Assembly: GCA_031555975.1 (NCBI GenBank)
Contig: JAVBTW010000276.1
Location: forward strand, 1 to 35,349
DNA length: 35,349 bases
From: Eubacteriales bacterium
Lineage (GTDB): Bacteria > Bacillota > Clostridia > Christensenellales > Aristaeellaceae
Direction: 5' to 3'
Every line of letters starts with the position of its first letter. Position 1 is the first letter of the stretch. The notes beneath the pieces were generated by a model. It had not been told where the DNA came from. It saw nothing but the letters and a program-made list of their open reading frames with translations, and did not search any database. Below, one piece after another: positions 9,191-21,405 of the stretch. The translations under genes were made by a program, and so were the position numbers.

Positions 9191-9867
9191 AAATCATGCA
9201 TAAGCTGATCGCAATCGGTTTGGTCATTGCGCTGTTGCTCAGCGTACACGCGCTTGCCGCGACGACGCTCGAAGTGGGGTCCAGCGGCGCGGATGTGACC
9301 AAGGTGCAGAAGCGGCTGATCCAATACGATTACATGTCGGGCACAGCCGACGGCAAATACGGCGCCAAGACCCGCGACGCTGTCAAGCTGTTCCAGCGGC
9401 GAAACGGACTCGCAGTGGACGGAAAGGTCGGGCCTGCCACCGCAGCAAAGCTCGGTGTGACGCTGTCAGGCGGATCGCAGACCACCAAAGCCACCGCGGC
9501 GTCCGCGTCAATCACATCCAGTGACCACCGGCTGCTTGCGCGCTTGGTCCACGCGGAGGCGCGGGGCGAACCTTACAAGGGCAAGGTGGCCGTAGCGGCG
9601 GTGGTGCTGAACCGGGTCAAGAGTTCCCAGTTCCCCAACACGATCTCCGGCGTGATCTACCAAAAGAACGCATTCAGCTGTGTCGATGACGGCCAGATCA
9701 ACATGGCCCCAGATGACGAATCTATCCGCGCCGCCCGCGATGCCATGAACGGCTGGGACCCCACCGGCGGATGCCTATACTTTTACAACCCGAAGGCCAC
9801 CAACGACAAGTGGATCCGTACCCGCACGACAAAGACCGTCATCGGCAACCATCATTTTTGTCTGTAA
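9187..9867 (+). CDS. sleB: Spore cortex-lytic enzyme SleB-like (PG_binding_1 + Hydrolase_2)
   Basis: It has a signal peptide and a peptidoglycan-binding repeat (GADVTKVQKRL...DGKYGAKTRDAVKLFQRRNGLAVDGKVGPAT). The SleB/CwlJ catalytic domain is present (HAEARGEPYKGKVAVAAVVLNRV...FPNTISGVIYQKNAFS). The ATG overlaps the spoIIR stop (ATGA). Confidence 0.88.
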   Translation: MKIMHKLIAIGLVIALLLSVHALAATTLEVGSSGADVTKVQKRLIQYDYMSGTADGKYGAKTRDAVKLFQRRNGLAVDGKVGPATAAKLGVTLSGGSQTTKATAASASITSSDHRLLARLVHAEARGEPYKGKVAVAAVVLNRVKSSQFPNTISGVIYQKNAFSCVDDGQINMAPDDESIRAARDAMNGWDPTGGCLYFYNPKATNDKWIRTRTTKTVIGNHHFCL

Positions 9868-9882
9868 AGGAGGCCGCCTTTT

Positions 9883-11205
9883 GTGGTCAACGCAAAGAAG
9901 CGCAAGGGCGCACTGCTCACGGCAATGATCGTCCTGGTGGCCGCCTTGCTGCTGCTGGGCACGTTTCAAAACCATCGCGTAAAGGCGCTCACAAACCAGG
10001 TCAACGCGGCCTATGAGAAGTCGCTGTACGAGGCCGTGGCGCTGATGAACGGCATCCAGCTCAACCTGGAAAAGCTGCTGGTCTCGTCCTCCGGCAACGG
10101 TCATGAGGAACAATTGCTCGCCACCATCACGCAACAGTCCGAAGGCGCGCAATCCAACCTGGCAGGGGTGCCGCTGAGCCCGGAGTTGCTGACCGGCGCC
10201 ATGAAGTTTGTCAACCAGATGGGCGATTACGGAAAGGCGCTGGGCAAGCAAATCGCGGACGGTGGCAAGCTGGGCGAGAAGGACATCCAGCAGTTGATCA
10301 GCATGCACGACGCCTGCGTGGAACTGAATCTGGGCCTGTTTGACATCCTCGGGCAATATGAGCGCGGCGAGCTGGGTTTTGACGTGCCCGACAACCTGCA
10401 GGTCGCGGCGAAGGACATATCCACTCAGACCGAGCCCATGGTGGACTATCCGGTGCTGCTGTACGACGGGCCGTTCAGCGACGCCGACCGGACCAGCGCG
10501 GCGCTCTCGGGCGACCCTGTGGATCAAGCCACCGCGCAACAGATGCTGATCGACTTCGTGGGCGCTGACCGGGTGAAAAAGGCCAGCTTCACGGGCGAAT
10601 CGACCATCATGGACAAGTGTTTTGAGTTCGAACTGGACACCACCGACGGACTGCTGACCTGCGGCGTAACCCAGCGCGGCGGCCACGTGCTGTACATCCT
10701 GCCGGAGCAAGGCGTAGAAAACGCGAGCTTGACCCAGGGCGAGTGCATCGACCGCGCGCTGCAGTTCCTGGGATCGAGGAGCTATAGCGAGCTGGAAGTC
10801 AGCTACTGGCGTCAATTGGGCGGTCTGCTGACGGTCAACTTCGCAGCGTCCCAGGACAGCGTACTGCTGTATCCCGATCTGATCAAAGTGCAGGTCTCCA
10901 TGCAGAGCGGCATGGTTGTGGGCCTGGATGCGTCAAGCTACCTGAAAAACCACCGCAAGCGCTACCTCGCAGAGCCCCAGTTTACCAGCGTCATGGCGCT
11001 GGACAGCCTGGGCGCGGTGCTGACCCCCGACCGCATCCGCCGCTGCGTCATCCCGCTGGATTCCGGCGGCGAAGCGCAATGCTGGGAGATCACAGCCCAC
11101 ATGGAGGGCGGGAACCAGTACCTGGTGTATAAGGACGTCATCACAGGGGAGGAGCTGCAAATCCTGCGGATCATGGTGGAGGACGACGGGGTGTTGGCGC
11201 AGTAG
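9883..11205 (+). CDS. ypeB: Germination protein YpeB (SleB partner, PepSY-domain protein)
   Basis: It sits immediately downstream of sleB, the conserved sleB-ypeB pairing. It has an N-terminal TM anchor, YpeB-like length and C-terminal PepSY-like repeats. The GTG start is preceded by AGGAGG. Confidence 0.8.
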   Translation: MVNAKKRKGALLTAMIVLVAALLLLGTFQNHRVKALTNQVNAAYEKSLYEAVALMNGIQLNLEKLLVSSSGNGHEEQLLATITQQSEGAQSNLAGVPLSPELLTGAMKFVNQMGDYGKALGKQIADGGKLGEKDIQQLISMHDACVELNLGLFDILGQYERGELGFDVPDNLQVAAKDISTQTEPMVDYPVLLYDGPFSDADRTSAALSGDPVDQATAQQMLIDFVGADRVKKASFTGESTIMDKCFEFELDTTDGLLTCGVTQRGGHVLYILPEQGVENASLTQGECIDRALQFLGSRSYSELEVSYWRQLGGLLTVNFAASQDSVLLYPDLIKVQVSMQSGMVVGLDASSYLKNHRKRYLAEPQFTSVMALDSLGAVLTPDRIRRCVIPLDSGGEAQCWEITAHMEGGNQYLVYKDVITGEELQILRIMVEDDGVLAQ

Positions 11206-11265
11206 GCGATCAGGGGCACACCCAGAAAGGTGCGCGCATCCCGCATCCCGGCCAGGTCCTCCTGA

Positions 11266-11315
11266 GCAAAGCGAAGGATCTTCCTCGACATCGGCAGGAA
11301 GATCCTTCGCTTTGC
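11266..11315. repeat. Dispersed palindromic repeat, copy B (perfect 20-bp hairpin between convergent ypeB and degV)
   Basis: GCAAAGCGAAGGATCTTCCT, a 10-nt loop, then AGGAAGATCCTTCGCTTTGC. It shares the AGCGAAGGATC core with the other copies. There is no flanking T-tract on either strand. Confidence 0.75.
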
Positions 11316-11365
11316 GCTGAGTAACCTCATGTGAGACAGATGGCGAACACGCCGCCCACCCATGG

Positions 11366-12196
11366 TCAGTATGCAATCACAATCCCGCCGTCGCTGGCGT
11401 AGACGCTTGACAGCCCGCTGGCCTCGAAGATCACCACATCCTTGAATGTGTACTTCGCCTCGATCCGCGCCTTTAAATCCAGCGCCACGTCCAGCGCGTT
11501 CACATGGGAAATGCCCAGTACGCGGTCGCGCAGGTCGTGCTTGGTGTCGCCGATCATGTCAATCAGGCGGGCAAACGCTTTGGCCTTGCCGCGCACCAAC
11601 GCTTTCAGCTCAATCTTGCCGCGGCCGTCCTCGCCCATGATGGGGCAAATTTTCAGCGCCTTGAGCGCAAACCCCTCAATCGGCTTGACGCGTCCGTTGG
11701 CGACCAGGGTGTCCAGCGAGTTCAGCACAAACAGGGTGCGCAGACTTTCGATGTATTTGTTCACCTGCTCTGTGATGCTCTGCACGGACAGGTTTTCCGC
11801 GACGAGCTGCTGCAGCTTCATCAGCACCAGCGTCTCCCCCGCGCTGGCGGATTCGCTGTCAAAAACATGTATGTCGCACGCACCCTTGAGCTTCTCCATG
11901 AGCTGGTCTCGGGCTGCGATGGCGGCGGCGTGGGCGCCGCTGAGCTGGGAGGAGATGGTGACGATGAACGCCTTGGTCGCACCCTCCAGCGCGCCTAAAA
12001 AGTCACCCGGAGCGGGGCAGGATGTGCGGATCGACTTGGCCAAAAAGCCGATCTTGTTCAGTTGTGAAGTGACCTGGTCGGCGTTGTCCACGTAGGCGTG
12101 ACCATCGATATCGACGGTAAACGGAATGCGCGTAACGCTCGTGGCTGCTGGCGTTTGATGGTCGACGCAGCTATCGACCAGTATCCGGTAATCCAT
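11366..12196 (-). CDS. degV: DegV-family fatty-acid-binding protein
   Basis: It has the DegV N-terminus (ILVDSCVD), TSCPAPGDF, a SSQLSG-type motif, and family-typical length and architecture. Confidence 0.88.
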   Translation of the reverse strand: MDYRILVDSCVDHQTPAATSVTRIPFTVDIDGHAYVDNADQVTSQLNKIGFLAKSIRTSCPAPGDFLGALEGATKAFIVTISSQLSGAHAAAIAARDQLMEKLKGACDIHVFDSESASAGETLVLMKLQQLVAENLSVQSITEQVNKYIESLRTLFVLNSLDTLVANGRVKPIEGFALKALKICPIMGEDGRGKIELKALVRGKAKAFARLIDMIGDTKHDLRDRVLGISHVNALDVALDLKARIEAKYTFKDVVIFEASGLSSVYASDGGIVIAY

Positions 12197-12348
12197 TGGC
12201 GGACATCCTTTCGAATGGGCTCGATTGTACAGTCTGTCTTTCCTTTAGTATAACACGCTTTGCGCCCTCAGTCGCGCATTTGGCGCGAAGTGTTGTAAAG
12301 TTGTCATAATCATCCCTGTGGCGTCCGCCCTCGCGGTGTCCACGCACT

Positions 12349-12406
12349 GTCATCCTGAGCGCAGCGAAGAATCGCCCCCACTCTTAGGAGGATCCTTCGC
12401 TGCGCT
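12349..12406. repeat. Dispersed palindromic repeat, copy C (both arms)
   Basis: GTCATCCTGAGCGCAGCGAAGAATCGCCCCC...GGAGGATCCTTCGCTGCGCTC. The arms are complementary with one mismatch. It lies 3' of the ABC exporter gene. Confidence 0.8.
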
Positions 12407-12443
12407 CGTGCCGGTCGGGACGGCGGATGCGTTAATCAACGCG

Positions 12444-14174
12444 CTAAACTGTCTCCCAATACAAATTGCGATAGGCGCCATCCTGTTGAATCAGCGCTTC
12501 GTGGGTGCCCTGTTGCTCGATACCGTTTTCGGTCAGGACCAGGATCCGGTCCGCGCCTTTCACCGTAGACAACCTGTGCGCGATCACCAGCGTTGTCCGA
12601 TCGCGGCTCAGCGTCTCCAGCGTTTGCTTGACTGCCTGCTCCGATTCGCTGTCCAGCGCGCTGGTGGCCTCATCAAAAATCAGCACCTTGGGATCCTTTA
12701 AGAACACGCGCGCAATTGACAACCGCTGGCGCTGGCCGCCGGAGAGTTTGATGCCGCGCTGGCCGATGTCGGTGTCATAGCCGTCCGGAAGACCCATGAT
12801 GAACTGGTGCGCGTTGGCCTTCATGGCGGCGTCGATCACTTCATCGTCTGTGGCATCCTCCTTGCCATATCGGATGTTTTCCTTGATGGTCCCCGCGAAT
12901 AGGTACACATCCTGGTGCACGACGCCGATGTGCCGCCTGAGCGAGTCCAGCGTGATGTCTCGCACGTCCTGACCGTCCAGCGTCACCTTGCCCTCGGTCA
13001 CGTCATAAAACCTTGGCACCAGCGAACACAGCGTGGTCTTTCCGACGCCGCTGGACCCCACCAGCGCCACATAGCCGCCGGCGGCGACAGCGAAATTGAT
13101 CCCCTTGAGCACGTGGGCCTGCTTGTCCTTGTATCGAAACGAGACGCCGTGAAACGCGACATCACCCTGTACGCGAGAGAGCGCCTTTGCACCCTTCTTG
13201 TCGGTGATGTCCGGCTTCATGTCAAGCAGCTCCATCAGCCGCTCAAAGCTGGTCAGACCGTCCTGGAACTGCTCGGTCATCCACATCAGCTTCAGGATGG
13301 GTTGGGACAGATAGCCACAGTAGAGCAAAAAACCGACCAGGTCCGGCAGTGTCATCTGGCCTTGATAGATCAGTACCGCGCCATACACAGCCACGCCGAT
13401 GGTCATCAATTGCGCCAGCGCCTCCACGGCGCCATACACCACCGCCTCGATTCGGTACCACTGGCGGCGGCTTTCGAGAAACTTCTCGTTTTCCGCGTCG
13501 AACTTCTTCTGCTCGGCGGCCTCGCCCGCAAACGACTGCACCACGCGGATGCCCGCCAGACTGTCCTCCACTTGTGCGTTGATGTCGGCGATATGCTGCT
13601 TGTTGAGCTTCAAAATGCGGCGCATGATCCGGCTGCCCAAAACGGTGATCAGGGTCATGACCGTGACAAAGCCCACCAGGCACAGTGTGAGCTGCCAGTT
13701 GATGCCTGCCAGCACGACAAACGCGCCGACGAACTTCACGCAGGAGATCACATAGTCCTCCGGTCCGTGATGATAGAACTCGGCCAGCGAAACGGTATCG
13801 TTGGTCAAGCGGCTCATGAGCTGGCCCGTCTTGTGGTCGTCGTAAAAAGAAAAGCAGAGCCGCTCCAGGTGGCCGAACAGCGCTTTGCGCAGGTCGCGCT
13901 CAATCTTCGCGCCCATGTAGTGGCCCAGATAATCCACAACATAGAAACAAAGCCAGCCGATGACGCCCAGGACAGCCAGCCAAGCACCTGTGACCAGGAT
14001 GTCTCGCAGCGCGGTCGGCAATGTGGACGCAAGCAGCTCGCCGGTAATCCGGCGTACGCCGATGGGGATGATCAGCGCGATCGCGGCGGATGCCAGCGCG
14101 CACGCCATGTCCAGGGCGAACAAGCCCCTGTAGGGCTTATAGTATGAAATAAACCGCTTGAGGTTTGCGTTCAA
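12444..14174 (-). CDS. ABC exporter, fused permease/ATPase (MsbA/multidrug type)
   Basis: It has six predicted TM segments, then Walker A GSSGVGKTT, signature LSGGQRQR, Walker B LIFDEATSALD and an H-loop IAHRL. The TTG start follows AAAGGAAGGA. Confidence 0.9.
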   Translation of the reverse strand: MNANLKRFISYYKPYRGLFALDMACALASAAIALIIPIGVRRITGELLASTLPTALRDILVTGAWLAVLGVIGWLCFYVVDYLGHYMGAKIERDLRKALFGHLERLCFSFYDDHKTGQLMSRLTNDTVSLAEFYHHGPEDYVISCVKFVGAFVVLAGINWQLTLCLVGFVTVMTLITVLGSRIMRRILKLNKQHIADINAQVEDSLAGIRVVQSFAGEAAEQKKFDAENEKFLESRRQWYRIEAVVYGAVEALAQLMTIGVAVYGAVLIYQGQMTLPDLVGFLLYCGYLSQPILKLMWMTEQFQDGLTSFERLMELLDMKPDITDKKGAKALSRVQGDVAFHGVSFRYKDKQAHVLKGINFAVAAGGYVALVGSSGVGKTTLCSLVPRFYDVTEGKVTLDGQDVRDITLDSLRRHIGVVHQDVYLFAGTIKENIRYGKEDATDDEVIDAAMKANAHQFIMGLPDGYDTDIGQRGIKLSGGQRQRLSIARVFLKDPKVLIFDEATSALDSESEQAVKQTLETLSRDRTTLVIAHRLSTVKGADRILVLTENGIEQQGTHEALIQQDGAYRNLYWETV

Positions 14175-14300
14175 TCAGAGTCCTTCCTTTCGATGATGGA
14201 ATAGAGATGGCGAAGTTCATGGTGTTTTTCATGGTGCAAACCTCCTCTGATGTGATCGACAGGTGACTCGCGGGCAGAAAGGCCATCCGCCACCATCCGC

Positions 14301-14384
14301 GTCATCCTGAGCGCAGCGAAGGACCTCCCCCGCTCGCGGGCTACATCCCGCACAAAAGGGATCCTTCGTTCCGCGCAGGATAAC
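14301..14384. repeat. Dispersed palindromic repeat, copy D (both arms, long loop)
   Basis: GTCATCCTGAGCGCAGCGAAGGACCTCCCCC...GGGATCCTTCGTTCCGCGCAGGATAAC. It sits between the hybrid kinase stop and the ABC exporter start. Confidence 0.8.
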
Positions 14385-14434
14385 ACAGTGGCTCCGCGAT
14401 GATTCTACCATCATTGGCGCTCCCCGCGCAACCC

Positions 14435-17400
14435 CTATTGCACGGATTCCGCCTTGTTCGTGACCTTGACGAGCCGCTTGTTCAGCTCCGCCATCAGTTG
14501 CGGCATGTCCAGCGGCTTGGCCACATGGGCGTCCATGCCTGCGTCCAGGCAGCGCTCCACGTCCTCGCGGAACGCGTTGGCGGTCATCGCCACAATGGGT
14601 ACGCGCTTGGCCCAGGGCATGGGCAACGCGCGTATGCGGCGCGTGGCCTCCAGTCCGTCCATGACCGGCATTTGAATGTCCATCAAAATCATATCGTACT
14701 TTTCGGGGTCCCGCTCGAACTTCCAGACGGCCTGCTCACCGTTTTCCGCCTCGTCAAAGGCGATCTCCGTGTAAGACAGCATGCTGGTCACGATCTCGCG
14801 ATTGATCTCCACATCCTCCACCAGCAACACGGAAAGCCCCGCAAACCGTTTCGGATCCTCATCGAGACCGCGCTGCTCACCCTGGCTCATGCCCACCGCA
14901 AACATATTGTTGATGCACTGCGCCACTTGCGACGGAAACAGCGGTTTGGGGATGAAGCTCGAAACGCCTGCCGTCAGCGCGCCTTCTGAAATTTCGCTCC
15001 ATTCGGTCACGGAAACCATGATGATGACCGGATGCAGCGCCTGCATTCTGCGGATCTCCCGCGTCAGCTCAATCCCGTCCATGCCGGGCATCTGGTAGTC
15101 AACAAAAATCAAGTCGTAAGGCGGCTCCGCGGCCTCAATCAACCGCAGCGCTTCATCGCCGGAGGCGGCCACATCGCACACCTCACCCAACTGGCTCATG
15201 ACGTGGCGGCAGTACTCCAGCGCGTCATCGCTGTCGTCCACGGCCAGGATGCGCAGTCCGCTGTGGTTGAGCTGGTCGGCGCTGTCGGCGAGCTTTGCGC
15301 TTGACGGACCAAAAACAGCGGTGAACGAGAACGTGCTTCCCTGCCCCGGCGCGCTCCGGACCCAGATTTGGCCGCCCATCAACTCCACGATGCGCTTGCT
15401 GATCGCAAGGCCCAGACCGGTGCCTCCGAACTTGCGGCTGATGCCGCCGTCTGCCTGCTCAAATGAACGGAAAAGCCGCGATTGTTGCTCGTCCGAGATG
15501 CCAATGCCCGTGTCCGAAACGTCCAAGTGCAACACAATCCGCTGTTCGTCTTGCTGCTTTACGCCCGCATGGAGCGTGATTTGTCCACCCTCGGGCGTGA
15601 ACTTGGACGCGTTGGTCAGCAAGTTTGTGAGCACTTGAGCAAGTCTTTGTTCGTCACCGAACAGCGCGGGCGGGATACCGTCATCCACGCTGAGCGCCAG
15701 CACTTGGTGCTTTTCCTCGGTGCGGAAAATGATCACGTTGACGACCGATTCCAGCACTTTTTCGAAGTTGAAATCGATGAAACTCAACTCGAACTTGTTG
15801 GCCTCGATCTTGGACATGTCCAGGATATCGTTGATGACGCCCAACAAGTGCTTGGACGCGCCTTCGATTTTGTTTAGACAGTACTCGCGCCGCTCCCAGC
15901 TTTGCGACATCTTACCTATGTTGGTCATACCGATGATGGCGTTCATGGGTGTGCGCATTTCGTGGCTCATGCGGCTGAGAAACTCAGACTTGGCCTGACT
16001 GGTTTGCTCGGCGATCTCCTTTGCCTCCGTCAGATCCTTTTCCAGCTGGCGCGTTTCGGTGATGTCCACCGCGATGGCGCCCATGCCGCCATTTTTGCCA
16101 TCCAGTTTGAAACCAAAGAACTGCATCAGCCTGTACTGGCCGTCCTTTCGTCGCATAAACAGCTCGAAAACATACCGCCCCTGCGCGTTGATCTGGGGCA
16201 CGATCTCACCATAGATCGCGTTCATGTCCGATTCGTCATACAGCAACCCAAACCCGCCCGCCATCAGCTCATCCACGGTGTAACCGGTGATGCGCTCGGC
16301 AGCGGGGTTGAAATAATCGCATTCGCCCCGGTCGTTGATCAGCGAAATGTACTGCGGCGCGGACTCAATGGTGCCCGACAGCCGAATCAGCTTATCCTCA
16401 GCCTCTTTGATGTCCGTGATGTCCACGGAGTGCTGCAGATGCACACGCCTGCCATGGGTCCAGTCAATCAGCTTGTCGGTGTTTCGATAATAGCGGCCTG
16501 TGACGGTGTTGTGCTCCTCCCACAAAACCACGGCTTCCGGGTCCTGGCGAAGTTTTTTCACCGGACAGAAGTCACACTCGCCGCTGAAGTCCTCCTGCAG
16601 CACGCGCCAGCAAACCTGGCCCTTTGCCTGCTTCGACAACCCAAAATGCCGCTGCATCTTGTCGTTGATGAACAGGATCTCGCTGGTGTCCGGATCGGTG
16701 ACATACAGGTAGGCGTCCATGCTGTTGAGGATGGTCTGCAGCGTGTCTATGGACATCTTGTCACGCTCTTGAAGCTGGCGGGTTTTTTCCAGGCGCGCCA
16801 CCATGTCATTCACGGACATGCCCAGCACACGCAACTCTGTCGTGCCGCCATACTTGTCCATATCCAGTGGCGCGTCGGCGGACACCGCCTGCACGTCCGC
16901 TGCCATGACGCGGGTTGGCGTGATGACCAGCCGGTTGATCAGAAAAAACATCAAGGACAGCGCCCCTAGCAACAGCCCCATCAAAACCAGCGAGGTGAGC
17001 ACAACCATGCGCTGCCCCTCGTGAAAGATCGTCCTGGGATAGGTCATGGTCAGGACGATGGGATTGCCAAGAATGTCGTCCATTTGCTTGGATACGGACA
17101 GATGGTCCGCACCGCTGCGCACGACGTACGGCTCTGCGCCGATGTCGCTGCTCGCCGCGCGGATGTCCAGCTTCAGCATCGGCAGACCCGTGACCGCCCT
17201 CACAAAGTCCTGAGTAAACCGAAGCGCAAATGTGAATGTGCCCACCGGCGGCGCCAAACGCAAATTGTCTGAAATGGGCAATGTACACAGCAGATAGGGT
17301 TCGCCCTCATAGAGCAGCAATCCGGCGTACCGGTGTTCATGGCTGCGGATGCGCTCATCCTGTCCATACCGCGCCAGCGCCTTCTCCGCCACCTGCGTCA

Positions 17401-17848
17401 GCCTCGTCGTGAACCCCAGCGGCAACACCGCGCCCTGGCCCGACGCGAAATCATAGCCCATGGTGTACAAGTCGCGCCCTTTCAGATCCTTCAGGACGAC
17501 GTAGTCGTAGGTATAGTCCTTCAACATCGCATAATCGGTCATGTTGCTCTTGAGGTACTGGCTGTTTTGGTTGATGACATAATTGCGCGCGTCGTCCCAA
17601 CTGGCCATGGCCAAAGTGTTCGTCTGAAGGTTGTCCTCCACACGATTCAGTGTCGTCAGCAAAGTTTCGGACAACTCGTCCACATGCAGCAGCTCGGTCT
17701 GACGCATCACGCCCTGCATATACGTAAGAAACACGAAAAACACGATGATGAATACCAGTGTAAGCGCGAACGCTGCCATCATCGCGAGCATGGACCGCAT
17801 CGACTTCTGCCGCCTTTTCAATTCCCCTCTCAGCCTCCAGACGCCCAT
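14435..17848 (-). CDS. Hybrid sensor histidine kinase: extracytoplasmic sensor, HAMP, 2 PAS, HisKA, HATPase, 2 receiver domains
   Basis: A TM-bounded N-terminal sensor region is followed by PAS-like segments. The H-box is SHEMRTPMNAIIGM and the N/G boxes are LLTNASKFTPEGG, DTGIGI and GGTGLGLAISK. REC1 is ILAVDD...FVDYQMPGMDG and REC2 is VLLVEDVEINR...LMDIQMPVMDG. The exact start codon is uncertain. Confidence 0.9.
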   Translation of the reverse strand: MGVWRLRGELKRRQKSMRSMLAMMAAFALTLVFIIVFFVFLTYMQGVMRQTELLHVDELSETLLTTLNRVEDNLQTNTLAMASWDDARNYVINQNSQYLKSNMTDYAMLKDYTYDYVVLKDLKGRDLYTMGYDFASGQGAVLPLGFTTRLTQVAEKALARYGQDERIRSHEHRYAGLLLYEGEPYLLCTLPISDNLRLAPPVGTFTFALRFTQDFVRAVTGLPMLKLDIRAASSDIGAEPYVVRSGADHLSVSKQMDDILGNPIVLTMTYPRTIFHEGQRMVVLTSLVLMGLLLGALSLMFFLINRLVITPTRVMAADVQAVSADAPLDMDKYGGTTELRVLGMSVNDMVARLEKTRQLQERDKMSIDTLQTILNSMDAYLYVTDPDTSEILFINDKMQRHFGLSKQAKGQVCWRVLQEDFSGECDFCPVKKLRQDPEAVVLWEEHNTVTGRYYRNTDKLIDWTHGRRVHLQHSVDITDIKEAEDKLIRLSGTIESAPQYISLINDRGECDYFNPAAERITGYTVDELMAGGFGLLYDESDMNAIYGEIVPQINAQGRYVFELFMRRKDGQYRLMQFFGFKLDGKNGGMGAIAVDITETRQLEKDLTEAKEIAEQTSQAKSEFLSRMSHEMRTPMNAIIGMTNIGKMSQSWERREYCLNKIEGASKHLLGVINDILDMSKIEANKFELSFIDFNFEKVLESVVNVIIFRTEEKHQVLALSVDDGIPPALFGDEQRLAQVLTNLLTNASKFTPEGGQITLHAGVKQQDEQRIVLHLDVSDTGIGISDEQQSRLFRSFEQADGGISRKFGGTGLGLAISKRIVELMGGQIWVRSAPGQGSTFSFTAVFGPSSAKLADSADQLNHSGLRILAVDDSDDALEYCRHVMSQLGEVCDVAASGDEALRLIEAAEPPYDLIFVDYQMPGMDGIELTREIRRMQALHPVIIMVSVTEWSEISEGALTAGVSSFIPKPLFPSQVAQCINNMFAVGMSQGEQRGLDEDPKRFAGLSVLLVEDVEINREIVTSMLSYTEIAFDEAENGEQAVWKFERDPEKYDMILMDIQMPVMDGLEATRRIRALPMPWAKRVPIVAMTANAFREDVERCLDAGMDAHVAKPLDMPQLMAELNKRLVKVTNKAESVQ

Positions 17849-17897
17849 CCGCTTGTGAGCCTCATTAAAACCGCATCAGTATGCATTCTCTTTGATC

Positions 17898-17926
17898 ATT
17901 ATACCGCGAAGTCGGTTACATAACAA
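17898..17926 (-). promoter_or_regulatory. Candidate sigma-A promoter for the hybrid kinase gene
   Basis: The minus strand has TTGTTA (17921-17926), a 17-nt spacer and TATAAT (17898-17903), about 50 nt upstream of the ORF start. Confidence 0.55.
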
Positions 17927-18004
17927 TCACATTTTTGGCCGAAATCAGAAATTTGTGGCAAAAAAGCGACATTGTAATGCGTTTTGACGTGGATGGTCAC
18001 CAGT

Positions 18005-18087
18005 GCAGCGCAAAGTGTATGAAAGGATCTCCCCACCCACATGCGGCCTTTTAACACAAAGGGGCGCGGCGTTGGCGGAGAGATCCT
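18005..18087. repeat. Dispersed palindromic repeat, copy G (degenerate; arms AGGATCTCCCC / GGAGAGATCCT)
   Basis: GCAGCGCAAAG..GAAAGGATCTCCCC resembles the family core with an insertion. The complementary arm is at 18077-18087. It lies 3' of the beta-galactosidase gene. Confidence 0.5.
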
Positions 18088-18146
18088 GGACACCATGCTC
18101 ACTTAGTTAGACTGGACCGGGCGATGTCCGCACAGGCAAATCCCAT

Positions 18147-21143
<2,997 letters not shown>

Positions 21144-21242
21144 TCACTGCCGATATTATACACTGTTTGGCAAGGAAGATCAATGACCTCCGCGTTTCGC
21201 CGCAGGGCCTTCTCATGCGTTCAGCCGAACCCCCCCGTGTCG

Positions 21243-21275
21243 TGTCATCCTGAGCGCCAGCAAAGGACCTCCCCC
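21243..21275 (+). repeat. Dispersed palindromic repeat, copy E (single arm)
   Basis: GTCATCCTGAGCGCCAGCAAAGGACCTCCCCC, in the divergent lacZ/aldo-keto reductase intergenic region. Confidence 0.7.
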
Positions 21276-21405
21276 GCCTTCAGGCGACGTCTGTTACATG
21301 ATAGTGCACCCACTAAAGTGGAAAGTCGCTTCGCTGGCGCTCGTGATGACAGGGTGGCTTCGATGTGCTATAATGATCCTACCATTCATGAGGAGGGTCA
21401 CCATC

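Noticed and set aside
11266-11315. The perfect 20-bp hairpin between ypeB and degV as a classical bidirectional intrinsic terminator.
   Set aside because: Neither strand has a U-tract after the stem. It is better described as a copy of the dispersed repeat, and any termination role is unproven.
21155-21160. A TATAAT on the minus strand upstream of lacZ as its promoter.
   Set aside because: The only TTGCCA-like -35 is 7 nt away, which is the wrong spacing. A -10 alone about 35 nt from the ATG is plausible but not supportable.
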